From the NCBI GenBank assembly GCA_963803435.1, contig CAWDML010000009.1:928001-992000 (forward strand): a DNA stretch of 64,000 bases. The letters are read 5' to 3'. The translations under genes were made by a program, and so were the position numbers. How positions within the stretch are numbered: position 1 is the first letter of the stretch; every line of letters begins with the position of its first letter. Below, piece by piece: positions 55,444 through 64,000 of the stretch. The notes below the pieces were generated by a model, which was given only the letters and a program-made list of their open reading frames with translations, was not told the origin of the DNA and did not search any database. This DNA is from an uncultured delta proteobacterium. Its GTDB lineage: Bacteria; Myxococcota; Kuafuiibacteriia; Kuafuiibacteriales; Kuafuiibacteriaceae.

Positions 55444-55942
55444 TCCCGGCGCAGCTCGGCGCCCGGATCTCGACCCGATACGCTTGACCGCCGCGTGCGA
55501 AGGCGAGCTGGCCCCGATATCCGCCCGGGACCGCTGCGAGCTCGCTGGACCAGCGCTCGGCACCGAGGAACGGGCCGGCGGTGATCGCGGAGCTCCACTC
55601 GTCATACGTGCCGTCGAAGGCGGCGCGGTCGAGCGGGACTCGGAAGTCGGCGAAGCTGACGCCGTCGTCGATCAGCTCGGCGAGGGGACGGTCGCAGTCG
55701 ATCGGAGCGTGCGCAAAGTACACCAGCAGGATCCGGCCGATCGGGCGTAGCTCCGCGTCGCGGAAGACCTGTGGCTCTGCGCTGGCCTGGTACTCGTACG
55801 GGATCAGCGGTACCGCTTCGTCCGCCACCGTGATCTCGAGCCCGTCCGACTCCGGAGAGTGGGAGAGGAAGTTGGTCGCTTCCGCGCCGCCGCACCCCGT
55901 CACCAGGATGAGGGCGAGCGCCTCGATCGGCGGCTTCGTCAT
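55424..55942 (-). CDS. Putative lipoprotein
   Basis: Lipobox LVTG-C. Confidence 0.6.
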   Translation of the reverse strand: MTKPPIEALALILVTGCGGAEATNFLSHSPESDGLEITVADEAVPLIPYEYQASAEPQVFRDAELRPIGRILLVYFAHAPIDCDRPLAELIDDGVSFADFRVPLDRAAFDGTYDEWSSAITAGPFLGAERWSSELAAVPGGYRGQLAFARGGQAYRVEIRAPSCAGISAAPR

Positions 55943-55994
55943 GGTCGCTGGGGAGGCAATCGACCCGAGCCGCGGGGCCTGAAGGCCTTCCGGA

Positions 55995-57119
55995 TTACAG
56001 CCAGCGCCGGCGCCGGAACAGGAAGATCGAGCCGACGGCGACCAGCGCCATCAGGCCCCAGACGGCCGCATAGCCGTAGTGCCACTTCAGCTCGGGCATG
56101 AACTCGAAGTTCATCCCGTAGACGCCGGCGACGAAGGTCAGCGGGATGAAGATCGTCGCGATCACCGTGAGGAGCCTCATCTCCTGATTCATCCGATTGC
56201 TGACCACCGTCAGGAAGAGATCCTGCAAGGACGCGACCATCTCCCGATAGATGTCGATCGATTCGACGATCTGCACCACGTGATCGTGGAGATCGCGAAG
56301 GAACGGGCGGGTGTCCGCGTGGATGCGCTCCTCCTCGTCGCGCGTGAGCGAGGCGACGGCTTCGCGCAGCGGCCACACCGCCTTGCGGAAGGTGAGGAGC
56401 TCGCGTTTGAGCACGTGGAGCTCCGGCGGCGCGGAGAGGCTCAGCTCCCGGATCGGGGCCACCTCGAACGCCTCTACTCGCGCAGCGAAGTGCTCGAGGA
56501 CGGCCAGGTAGCTGTCGACGATCGCGTCCATCAGCGAGTAGGCGAGATAGTCGGGCCCGCGCTTGCGGATGCGGGACTCGGGGCCGCGGAGGCGCTTGCG
56601 GACCCCGTCGAAGACGTCCTGCTCAGTCTCCTGGAACGTGAGCACCACCTCCTTGCCCAGGATGAGGCTCACCTGCTCGTACGTGGTCTTCACCTGGTCG
56701 CAATCGTCGGGCCCGAGGTGGACCATCTTGAAGACGAGATAGACGTAGTCTTCGAAGTACTCGATCTTGGCGCGGTGGCTCGGATTCAGGATGTCCTCGA
56801 TCGAGAGCGCGTGAATGTCGAAGCGCTTGCACAGGGCCTCGATCCGCTCGGCGTCATGGATCCCGTTGACGTCGATCCAGGTGATCGTGGAGCGGGCGCG
56901 CACCGCCGCCGCCTGGTCGATCGTCACGTCGTCCGCCTCGTCGAGCCGCTCCGGGGTGAAGTCGTAGATGTGGATGCGGATCGGGTGCGAACGCCCGACA
57001 CCCGTGTAGATGGCGCTTCCGGGTGCCTCGTGCGCCAGCGCCGGCAGCATCGAGGACTGGCGGAGCCGGGGCCGGAGGCGCTCGAGCACGCGCGCCGGGT
57101 TGAGATCGTGCAGGTTCAT
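55995..57119 (-). CDS. corA: Magnesium/cobalt transporter CorA
   Basis: WIDVNG, FDIHALSIED, YGMNF.FMPEL.W.YGY. Confidence 0.95.
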   Translation of the reverse strand: MNLHDLNPARVLERLRPRLRQSSMLPALAHEAPGSAIYTGVGRSHPIRIHIYDFTPERLDEADDVTIDQAAAVRARSTITWIDVNGIHDAERIEALCKRFDIHALSIEDILNPSHRAKIEYFEDYVYLVFKMVHLGPDDCDQVKTTYEQVSLILGKEVVLTFQETEQDVFDGVRKRLRGPESRIRKRGPDYLAYSLMDAIVDSYLAVLEHFAARVEAFEVAPIRELSLSAPPELHVLKRELLTFRKAVWPLREAVASLTRDEEERIHADTRPFLRDLHDHVVQIVESIDIYREMVASLQDLFLTVVSNRMNQEMRLLTVIATIFIPLTFVAGVYGMNFEFMPELKWHYGYAAVWGLMALVAVGSIFLFRRRRWL

Positions 57120-57718
57120 CCTCGTGTCCCTCCCGCGACTCGCGGTCCGGGGAGCCAGACGCCGCCCGATTCGCAGTCGACGTGACGAAGAGAGATCCGC
57201 CCGTCGGTGACATCGATGACGCCATAGGTGATCGGAAGCTGGAACCGGCGAGGGCCGATCGAGCCGGGGTTGAACACCGCCAGACCGCCCTCCTTGGCGA
57301 TCAGCGGTACGTGAGAGTGACCGCACACGACCATCTGAGCGCTGTGGGCCCGCGCGAGGCGCCGGGCGTCGGCGCGCAGCCGCGGACCCTGTACGGCGAT
57401 GTGCATCAGCAGGATCCGGAGGCGAGCCCCGGACGCGGTCAGGTCGAGCACCAACAGATCGGGCGTGTCGTCGGCGTAAGCGTCGATGTTCCCGCGGATC
57501 GCATGGGTGGGCGCGATCTCCGCGAGGTCGTCGATGACCTGGTGCGTGCCGATGTCGCCGGCGTGCAAGATGGCCGCGGGCTGCTCGCGGATCAGCAGGC
57601 GCGCGGCCTCGGGATGCGGGCGGCTGTGCGTATCCGCGACCACCGCCACGCGGGTCGAGCTCGCGCCCAGGTCGATCATCCGATGTTCGAGGCGCGGCGA
57701 GCCCACCTCGGTTGCCAT
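57116..57718 (-). CDS. YfcE/MJ0936-family metallophosphoesterase
   Basis: DTH, HAGD, RGNID, GHSH, NPGS. Confidence 0.9.
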   Translation of the reverse strand: MATEVGSPRLEHRMIDLGASSTRVAVVADTHSRPHPEAARLLIREQPAAILHAGDIGTHQVIDDLAEIAPTHAIRGNIDAYADDTPDLLVLDLTASGARLRILLMHIAVQGPRLRADARRLARAHSAQMVVCGHSHVPLIAKEGGLAVFNPGSIGPRRFQLPITYGVIDVTDGRISLRHVDCESGGVWLPGPRVAGGTRG

Positions 57719-57771
57719 ACCTGGAGGCGCGGGCGTTGACCAGGGCGCGGTCGCGATCGACTGTCGGCCGC

Positions 57772-58230
57772 ATGAAGCTCGAGCTCGACGTCAACGGACA
57801 CAAGCGGAAGATCGACGCGCCCGCGGACATGCCGCTGTTGTGGGTCATCCGTGATCTCCTCGGGCTGACCGGGACCAAGTTCGGGTGCGGGATCGCGCAG
57901 TGTCGCGCCTGTACGGTCCACCTCGACGGGGAGGCGGTCCCCTCTTGCCAGATCCCCGTCGCCGACGCTGCCGGGAGAAAGATCACCACGATCGAGGGGG
58001 TGACGACGGCCGACCTGCATCCGGTGCAGCGGGCCTGGATCGAGGAGGACGTCCCGCAGTGCGGATACTGTCAGGTGGGGCAGGTGATGAGCGCGGTGGC
58101 GCTGCTCGCCAAGAACAAGAGCCCGAGCGACGCAGAGATCGACGTCGCGATGTCCGGCAACATCTGCCGCTGCGGAACCTACAACTACATCCGCCGCGCC
58201 ATCCATCGCGCCGCCTCGGAGATGAAATGA
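57772..58230 (+). CDS. iorA: Isoquinoline 1-oxidoreductase alpha-like (2Fe-2S) subunit
   Basis: [28 protein letters not shown]. Confidence 0.92.
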   Translation: MKLELDVNGHKRKIDAPADMPLLWVIRDLLGLTGTKFGCGIAQCRACTVHLDGEAVPSCQIPVADAAGRKITTIEGVTTADLHPVQRAWIEEDVPQCGYCQVGQVMSAVALLAKNKSPSDAEIDVAMSGNICRCGTYNYIRRAIHRAASEMK

Positions 58231-60335
58231 GCGCCCGCGTGGATCGCAGATCCTTTCTGGTCGCCGGCGGCAGCGCGCTGGTCGTGGGCTTCTCGCTGGC
58301 CGAGCGGGCCCGGGCGCAGGGGCCGAACCGATCCTCGAAGCAGAGCGCGCCCGTCGAGGTCAACGCGTTCGTCAGGATCGGCGCGGACGGCGTCGTCACC
58401 CTGGTGATCGCGGAGAGCGAGATGGGCCAGGGCGTCCTCACCGCTCTGTCGATGATCCTGGCCGAGGAGCTGGAGATCGATCTGGACAGCGTCCACTTCG
58501 AACCGGCGCCGGCCGATCCGAAGCGCTTCGGCCGACAGCTCACCGGCGGCAGCTCCAGCGTTCGCGAGGGCTATCCCACGCTGAGAGCCGCCGGGGCCGC
58601 CGCCCGCATGATGCTGATCGAGGCCGCCGCCGAGACGTGGAAGGTGCCGGCCGCCGAATGCCACGCGGAGCAGGGCGCGGTGATCCACGAGCGATCGAAG
58701 CGCCGTACCGGGTACGGCGAGCTGGCGGCGCGCACCGCGAAGAAGAAGCCGCCGGAGGATCCGCCGCTCAAGACGCGCGAGTCGTTCCGGTTGATCGGAC
58801 GATCGCACCGCCGGCTCGACGCCCGCGCCAAGGTCACCGGAGAGGCCAAGTTCGGCATCGACGTGGTCGTGCCCGGGATGTTGATCGCGCGCGTCGTCCG
58901 CTCGCCGATCATCGGCGGCAAGGTGAAGCGCTTCGACGCGAAGGCCGCCAAGAAGATCCCCGGCGTGCGCGCGGTGGTCGAGATCCCTTCGGGCGTCGCG
59001 GTGGCCGCCGATCACTTCTGGGCGGCCAAGAAGGGCAGTGAGGCGCTGTCGATCGAGTGGGACGAGGGCGACAATGGAGCGCTCTCCGACGCCACCATCA
59101 CGCGGGAGCTGAGCCGCCGGGTGAAGGAGGGCGTCGAGGCTCGCAAGGTCGGCTTCTCGCGCCCGAGCGCGGCCGGCGCCCGGAAGCTCGAGGCCACCTA
59201 CCAGGTGCCCTATCTCGCCCACGCGACGATGGAACCGCTCAATTGCACGGCGGACGTTCGCCGCGATCGGTGTGAGGTCTGGGCTCCGACACAAGCGCAG
59301 AGCATGTCGCTGGCGGCGATCGCAGAGATCACCGGGCTGCCGCAGGATCAGATCGTCCTCCACACCACGTACCTGGGCGGCGGGTTCGGCCGCAAGGCGC
59401 AGACCGACTTCGTGAAGGAGGCGGTCCACGTCAGCAAGGCGGTCAAGAAGCCGGTGAAGGTGATCTGGACGCGAGAGGACGACATGCGCGGCGGCTGGTA
59501 CCGGCCCGCCGCCTACCACGAGCTGTCGGGCGCGCTCGACGCGCAAGGCTGGCCCGACACCTGGGTCCACCAGATCGCGAGCCCCGCGATCCTCGAGGCC
59601 TTCGGTCCCCTCCAGGGCGGCATCGATCGGACCTCGGTCGAGGGCGCAGCCAACCTCCCGTACGCGATCCCCAACCTTCGGGTGACCTACGCCAAGACCG
59701 ACCTCCCGCTCAGCGTTTGGTTCTGGAGGTCGGTCGGGAGCTCGATCAACGCGTTCGTGACCGAGTGCTTCCTCGACGAGCTGGCGGCCCTCGGCGGCAA
59801 GGATCCGCTGGAGGTCCGCCGCCGTCTGCTCTCCGGCCACCCCCGCCACCGCCGCGTGCTCGACGTCGCCGCCGAGAAGGCCGGCTGGGGCAAGGCGCTC
59901 CCGAAGGGCCGCGCTCGCGGCCTGGCCGTGCACGAGTCGTTCGGCAGCATCGTCGCCGAGGTCGCCGAGGTCTCGCTCGGCGAGGGCGGGCTCCCTCGCG
60001 TCCATCGGGTCGTCTGCGCCGTCGACTGCGGAGACGTGGTCAACCCGTCCACCGTGGTGGCCCAGATGGAGAGCGCGATCGTGTACGGGCTCTCGGCGGC
60101 GCTCTACGGAGCGCTGCACGTCGACAAGGGCCGCGTCCAGGAGGGCAACTTCGACCGCTACCCGGTGCTGCGTCTCGCCGACATGCCCGCGATCGAGACC
60201 CACCTCGTGACCAGCGGCGACCCGATGGGCGGCATCGGCGAGCCGGGGACGCCCCCGATCGCCCCGGCCGTGGCGAACGCCGTGTTCGCCTTGACGCGGA
60301 AGCCGGTGCGGCGCCTGCCGTTCACGATCGCCTAG
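58227..60335 (+). CDS. iorB: Isoquinoline 1-oxidoreductase beta-like molybdopterin subunit with Tat signal
   Basis: [34 protein letters not shown]. Confidence 0.92.
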   Translation: MSARVDRRSFLVAGGSALVVGFSLAERARAQGPNRSSKQSAPVEVNAFVRIGADGVVTLVIAESEMGQGVLTALSMILAEELEIDLDSVHFEPAPADPKRFGRQLTGGSSSVREGYPTLRAAGAAARMMLIEAAAETWKVPAAECHAEQGAVIHERSKRRTGYGELAARTAKKKPPEDPPLKTRESFRLIGRSHRRLDARAKVTGEAKFGIDVVVPGMLIARVVRSPIIGGKVKRFDAKAAKKIPGVRAVVEIPSGVAVAADHFWAAKKGSEALSIEWDEGDNGALSDATITRELSRRVKEGVEARKVGFSRPSAAGARKLEATYQVPYLAHATMEPLNCTADVRRDRCEVWAPTQAQSMSLAAIAEITGLPQDQIVLHTTYLGGGFGRKAQTDFVKEAVHVSKAVKKPVKVIWTREDDMRGGWYRPAAYHELSGALDAQGWPDTWVHQIASPAILEAFGPLQGGIDRTSVEGAANLPYAIPNLRVTYAKTDLPLSVWFWRSVGSSINAFVTECFLDELAALGGKDPLEVRRRLLSGHPRHRRVLDVAAEKAGWGKALPKGRARGLAVHESFGSIVAEVAEVSLGEGGLPRVHRVVCAVDCGDVVNPSTVVAQMESAIVYGLSAALYGALHVDKGRVQEGNFDRYPVLRLADMPAIETHLVTSGDPMGGIGEPGTPPIAPAVANAVFALTRKPVRRLPFTIA

Positions 60336-60421
60336 GAGCGTGTAGCGCGTAAGCGCTCACGCGACCCCGGTCCGGGTCCCGGTCCCGGTCCGGGTCCCGA
60401 TCTGAAGATGGCTGCCTTGAG

Positions 60422-61053
60422 TCAGACGCGATGATGCGGCCATCCATCATTTCGTTCAGTTGGGTCTGGGGATGGTTCGAGCTGGTCAGCCTGCGCTCTT
60501 GCCTTCTCGGCTCGAGTTCTCGCTCGCTTCTGCTCCACCCGATCCACAAGAGCATCATCCGCTTTGCTCTGCTGCTCTTCGGCTTGCCTGCGCAATTTCT
60601 CCGCGTTCGCCTGCACCTTCGAGCCATCGAGTGCGACGTGTCCGAGCCGCACCAAACCTGCTTTTTGGCAAAGCTTCAGGACTTCGAGGAAGAGCGCTTT
60701 CAGTGCCTCCAGGTGGACGAGCCGAAACTCGTTGATCGTCGTGAAGTGGGGATGACTTTCTCCAGCCAGCACCCGGAATGGAATGTCTTGGTAGGTCGCC
60801 CGCGCGATCCTCCGCGACGAATAGATGCCGGTGCAGTAGGCGTACAGAAGCAGCGCGATCATCATTTCGAGGCGAGTACGGTCGCTCGCCTCGCGGGTCC
60901 TCGGACTGGATCGATCTCGATCGCGCTCAGCTCTACCTCATCGACGACGTCCAAGACGAAGTACGCGAGATGATTTTCTGGGAGCCACTCGAGAGGGGAC
61001 GGCGGGAGCAAGAACGATTGTCTCGGAGTCCAAGAACGGTATTGCTTCGCCAC
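60422..61053 (-). pseudogene. IS1182-family transposase N-terminal remnant (DUF772-like), frameshifted and deleted
   Basis: MMIALLLYAYCTGIYSSRRIA, PHFTTINEFR, VALDGSKVQANA; C-terminal catalytic part absent. Confidence 0.88.
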
Positions 61054-61172
61054 GAAACCATGGGATCAAGTCCAGGCGTCGAAGTCGATCCGCCCAACGA
61101 TCGATTCCAGACGAAACGACCTCCAAGAACTTCTGCTGGTCAAAGTGGACGAGCTACCGCAAGCTAGCTTGC

Positions 61173-61541
61173 ACGGTCACTTTCGATCACGAGAAGCTCG
61201 AGGTCTACCAGCTCGCCGTCGAGTATGCCGACATCGCTGAAGATGATCGCACAAGAACTGCAACCCGGTCACGCTCACGTCCGCGATCAGCTTCGGCGGG
61301 CATCCGATTCCATCGTGAACAACACCGCCGAGGGCGCCGGAGAGCTCAATCCACCTGAGAAGGCTCGCTTCTACCGGATGGCACTTCGCTCTGGCACCGA
61401 AGCGCCGCCTCACTCCACACCTGCTTGAGGCGCCGACTCGCCAACGAGCAGAAGCTCCAAGCCGCCAGAGCCAAGCTCAAGCGCGTTGTCGAGAGGCTCA
61501 CGCGCCTCATCAAGTCGATGAACGCACGCCGGGCTGCATGA
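61173..61541 (+). pseudogene. Disrupted four-helix-bundle gene copy
   Basis: ATG changed to ACG, a +1 and a -1 indel, and several substitutions relative to 35283-35651. Confidence 0.75.
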
Positions 61542-61601
61542 TCGCCATCGGGACCGGGACCGGGACCGGGACCCGGACCGGGCTCGCGGTAGCGCTACGC
61601 G

Positions 61602-63479
61602 CTACACGCGCCTAGCCAGGGCGGCGCGCTCGTTCCGGACGAACAGGTACTTGGGCCGCCAGACCACCGCCGCCACCATCCCCGAGATCAGGTGCGCCGC
61701 GCCCAAGAACCAGTAGATGAGATCGATCGAGACGCTCGAGAGCGCTGCGCCGATCAGGTACGCCAGCGTGCTCCAGGCCAGCCGGCGATCGACCGTGATC
61801 GCGAGCGTCGCGGTCACCAGGAAGTACATGCCGAAGTCGACGAACAGCGAGTGCTCGATCGGGTGGCCGAGCCGCTGAGCGAAGGGACGGATCGCCAGCT
61901 CCATGATGATCAGGAGAAAGATGGACGCCGTGAGCTGGCGGTTGACCTCGGTGCCCGCGAGGGTCTGGCGCGCCCACGCCACCAGCAGCGCGGCCGACAG
62001 CAGCTTGATCCCGCTGGTCACATAGAAGTAGGCGAACGAGATCTGGATCCCCGACTGCATCATGATCGCGGCGGCCACGGGTACCCCGCCGAACGTCACG
62101 GCGGTCACCATCATCAGGAAGGCGCGCGTGCGACGGCCGGTGTCGAGGTTGCGGCTCTTCTGGAGGTTCCTGAGCTCCACCAGCTCGGCCTTTCGCCGCG
62201 ACATCTGGTGGGCCAGCTGATCGAGGCGCGCCTTCAGCTCCAGCCGGTGCGCGCCCAGGGACGCGAGCACCACCGCCGCCGACTCGAAGTCGTCGCGAGA
62301 GAGATCGTATTCGAACTTTCGCTCGAGACACCTCCGCAGCGCCTCGATCGCGCGCTGATTCTCGGGCCACTCCCGGAGCGCCTGCTCCAGCGCGAACCGC
62401 GCCTCGCCGAACAGGGTCTGGACCGCTACCGGATCGACCGGTGTGCCCGGCTCCTCGATCTCGCCCCACGACGTGAGCCTCTGCTCCGCCTGATCGACCA
62501 GCTCCTGCGAGCTCTCGTGCTCGAGAAACCGCTCCACCGCCTCGCGGAGCTCGCGCGCGCTCGCGAACCGGCGCGCCGGATCGCGATCGGTCGCCCGGTT
62601 GGCGATGGCGCCCAGCTCCGGTGGGATGTCCTTGGCGTAGTCGCAGGGCTCGGACGCCATCGCCGCGAGGAGCATGGATCCCACGTCGCCGCCCTCGTGC
62701 CGCGGTCGCTTGGTGATCAGCTCGTGCAGAATGGCGCCGAGCAGATACACGTCGGTACGCACGCTCAGCTCGTCGCCGTCGGCACGCACCATCTCGGGCG
62801 CCATGTAGGCGGGCGTCCCCGCCACGCTGTCGACGTCCTTCGCCAGCGCGAAGCGACCGCCGTGGCTGTCTCCCAAGCTCACCGCGATCCCCCAGTCGAC
62901 GACGTACACCTCTCCGAAGCTCCCGATCATCACGTTGGAGGGCTTGAGATCGCGGTGCACGATTCCGCGCGAAGCCGCAAACTCCACCGCGTTGGTGACC
63001 TGCGCCAGGATCTTGAGGTGCCACCGCAGGTCGTAGCTCGGATCGCGGATGAGGCTCGACCACGGATCTCCGTCGATCTTCTTCATCACGATCATCGGCC
63101 GCCCGGCTGCGTCCACGCCGACGCTGTAGATGGGGATGATGTTCGGGTGCTCGAGCGCGCCGGTGACCCAGGCCTCGCGCAGGATCAGGAGGGCGAGCGC
63201 CGGGTCATCCTTGTCCGTCCGGAGCGTCTTCACGGCCACCTGGCGCCCGATCGCCAGCTGTTCGGCGGCGCGCACGCGGCCCATACCGCCCTCTCCGATC
63301 GTGGCCCCGAGCGAGAGGTCCTTGGCGGCGTCGTTGCGCTCCAGCTGCGGCAGCGCCTCGATCAGCCGATCGGCGCTGCGCCCCGGGATGAACGTGGAGG
63401 GGAGGATGGTGCCGTCGCTCGTTCGGAGCGTGGTGTCCAAGAGGCGAAGCGTCTCCTCGAGCGTCGGGCTCTCGGTCAT
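61602..63479 (-). CDS. Ser/Thr kinase with C-terminal multi-TM region
   Basis: [29 protein letters not shown]; several C-terminal hydrophobic helices. Confidence 0.9.
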   Translation of the reverse strand: MTESPTLEETLRLLDTTLRTSDGTILPSTFIPGRSADRLIEALPQLERNDAAKDLSLGATIGEGGMGRVRAAEQLAIGRQVAVKTLRTDKDDPALALLILREAWVTGALEHPNIIPIYSVGVDAAGRPMIVMKKIDGDPWSSLIRDPSYDLRWHLKILAQVTNAVEFAASRGIVHRDLKPSNVMIGSFGEVYVVDWGIAVSLGDSHGGRFALAKDVDSVAGTPAYMAPEMVRADGDELSVRTDVYLLGAILHELITKRPRHEGGDVGSMLLAAMASEPCDYAKDIPPELGAIANRATDRDPARRFASARELREAVERFLEHESSQELVDQAEQRLTSWGEIEEPGTPVDPVAVQTLFGEARFALEQALREWPENQRAIEALRRCLERKFEYDLSRDDFESAAVVLASLGAHRLELKARLDQLAHQMSRRKAELVELRNLQKSRNLDTGRRTRAFLMMVTAVTFGGVPVAAAIMMQSGIQISFAYFYVTSGIKLLSAALLVAWARQTLAGTEVNRQLTASIFLLIIMELAIRPFAQRLGHPIEHSLFVDFGMYFLVTATLAITVDRRLAWSTLAYLIGAALSSVSIDLIYWFLGAAHLISGMVAAVVWRPKYLFVRNERAALARRV

Positions 63480-63499
63480 TCCGCGAGCATAGCAGGCCG

Positions 63500-63941
63500 G
63501 CTCGCGTTCGCCGCCGTCGGTCCAGACACCATCGCCAAGCTCCTCTTCACCTCGGGATCGACCGGTCACCCAAAGGGCGCGGTCAACACGCACCGCATGC
63601 TCACCACCAACCAGGAGAGCCTGGCCGCCTGCTGGCCGGGAACCACAACCTCTTCCTGATCCTCCGGAACGTCGGCAGCCTGTTCATCGACGCGGGCGCG
63701 CTTGCCGGCTGGGGGTCGCCGCCTACAATCGCGCGCATCCGGGCACCAGCGAGCACGTCGCTCGGGCGCGGTGGTCGACGAACCCTTGTCCCTGGACGCG
63801 GGGGAGACCACCGACAAGGGCGACACGAACCAACGTCGCGTTCTGGATCGCCGGAGTGCCGAGGTGACACGGCTCTTCGAGGATCCGCCCGGCGAGGCCG
63901 TGTACAGCTTTAGCGGCGATCTCGAAGCGACGCCGGTGTAG
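63500..63941 (+). pseudogene. Feruloyl-CoA synthase-like acyl-CoA ligase remnant
   Basis: [23 protein letters not shown] (AMP-binding motif) and C-terminal EPLSLDAGETTDKGDTNQRRVL only ~250 nt apart. Confidence 0.7.
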
Positions 63942-64000
63942 CCGTTCGCACCGCGACGGCTGCGTCGCTGAATCAATATTCACCTGTCTGTGACCTCGCT

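Larger units (their letters stand above)
60332..61615. mobile_element. Non-autonomous IS1182-derived element, copy 2
   Basis: CTAG at 60332 and 61612; IRs 60332-60401 and 61547-61615; 60915-61615 matches 35025-35725. Confidence 0.85.

Overview
This GC-rich window looks myxobacterial (Myxococcota-like): Ser/Thr kinases, FHA-sigma54 activators, lipoproteins and STAND-like regulators. About ten genes are broken by single-base indels, several in short homopolymers, probably long-read assembly errors. Recognisable genes include a giant Calx-beta-like repeat lipoprotein, a sigma70 factor, a DUF218-NagB-NagA triple fusion, a degenerate LanM, YcaQ, dnaJ/cbpM/dnaK, corA and iorAB. Two items stand out. 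(1) Two copies of a non-autonomous IS1182-derived element (34696-35725, 60332-61615) carry a four-helix-bundle (23S-IVP/Avd-like) passenger gene. Their ~70-bp inverted repeats contain GGGACC arrays and stop codons in all three frames, and both copies sit at CTAG sites at the ends of convergent genes. (2) A tightly coupled operon (43164-50412) encodes a non-flagellar MotA/MotB-like ion-motor pair with uncharacterised membrane and Cys-rich partners and an ABC1 kinase fused to an L7/L12-like domain. All calls come from manual motif reading; no database searches were run.
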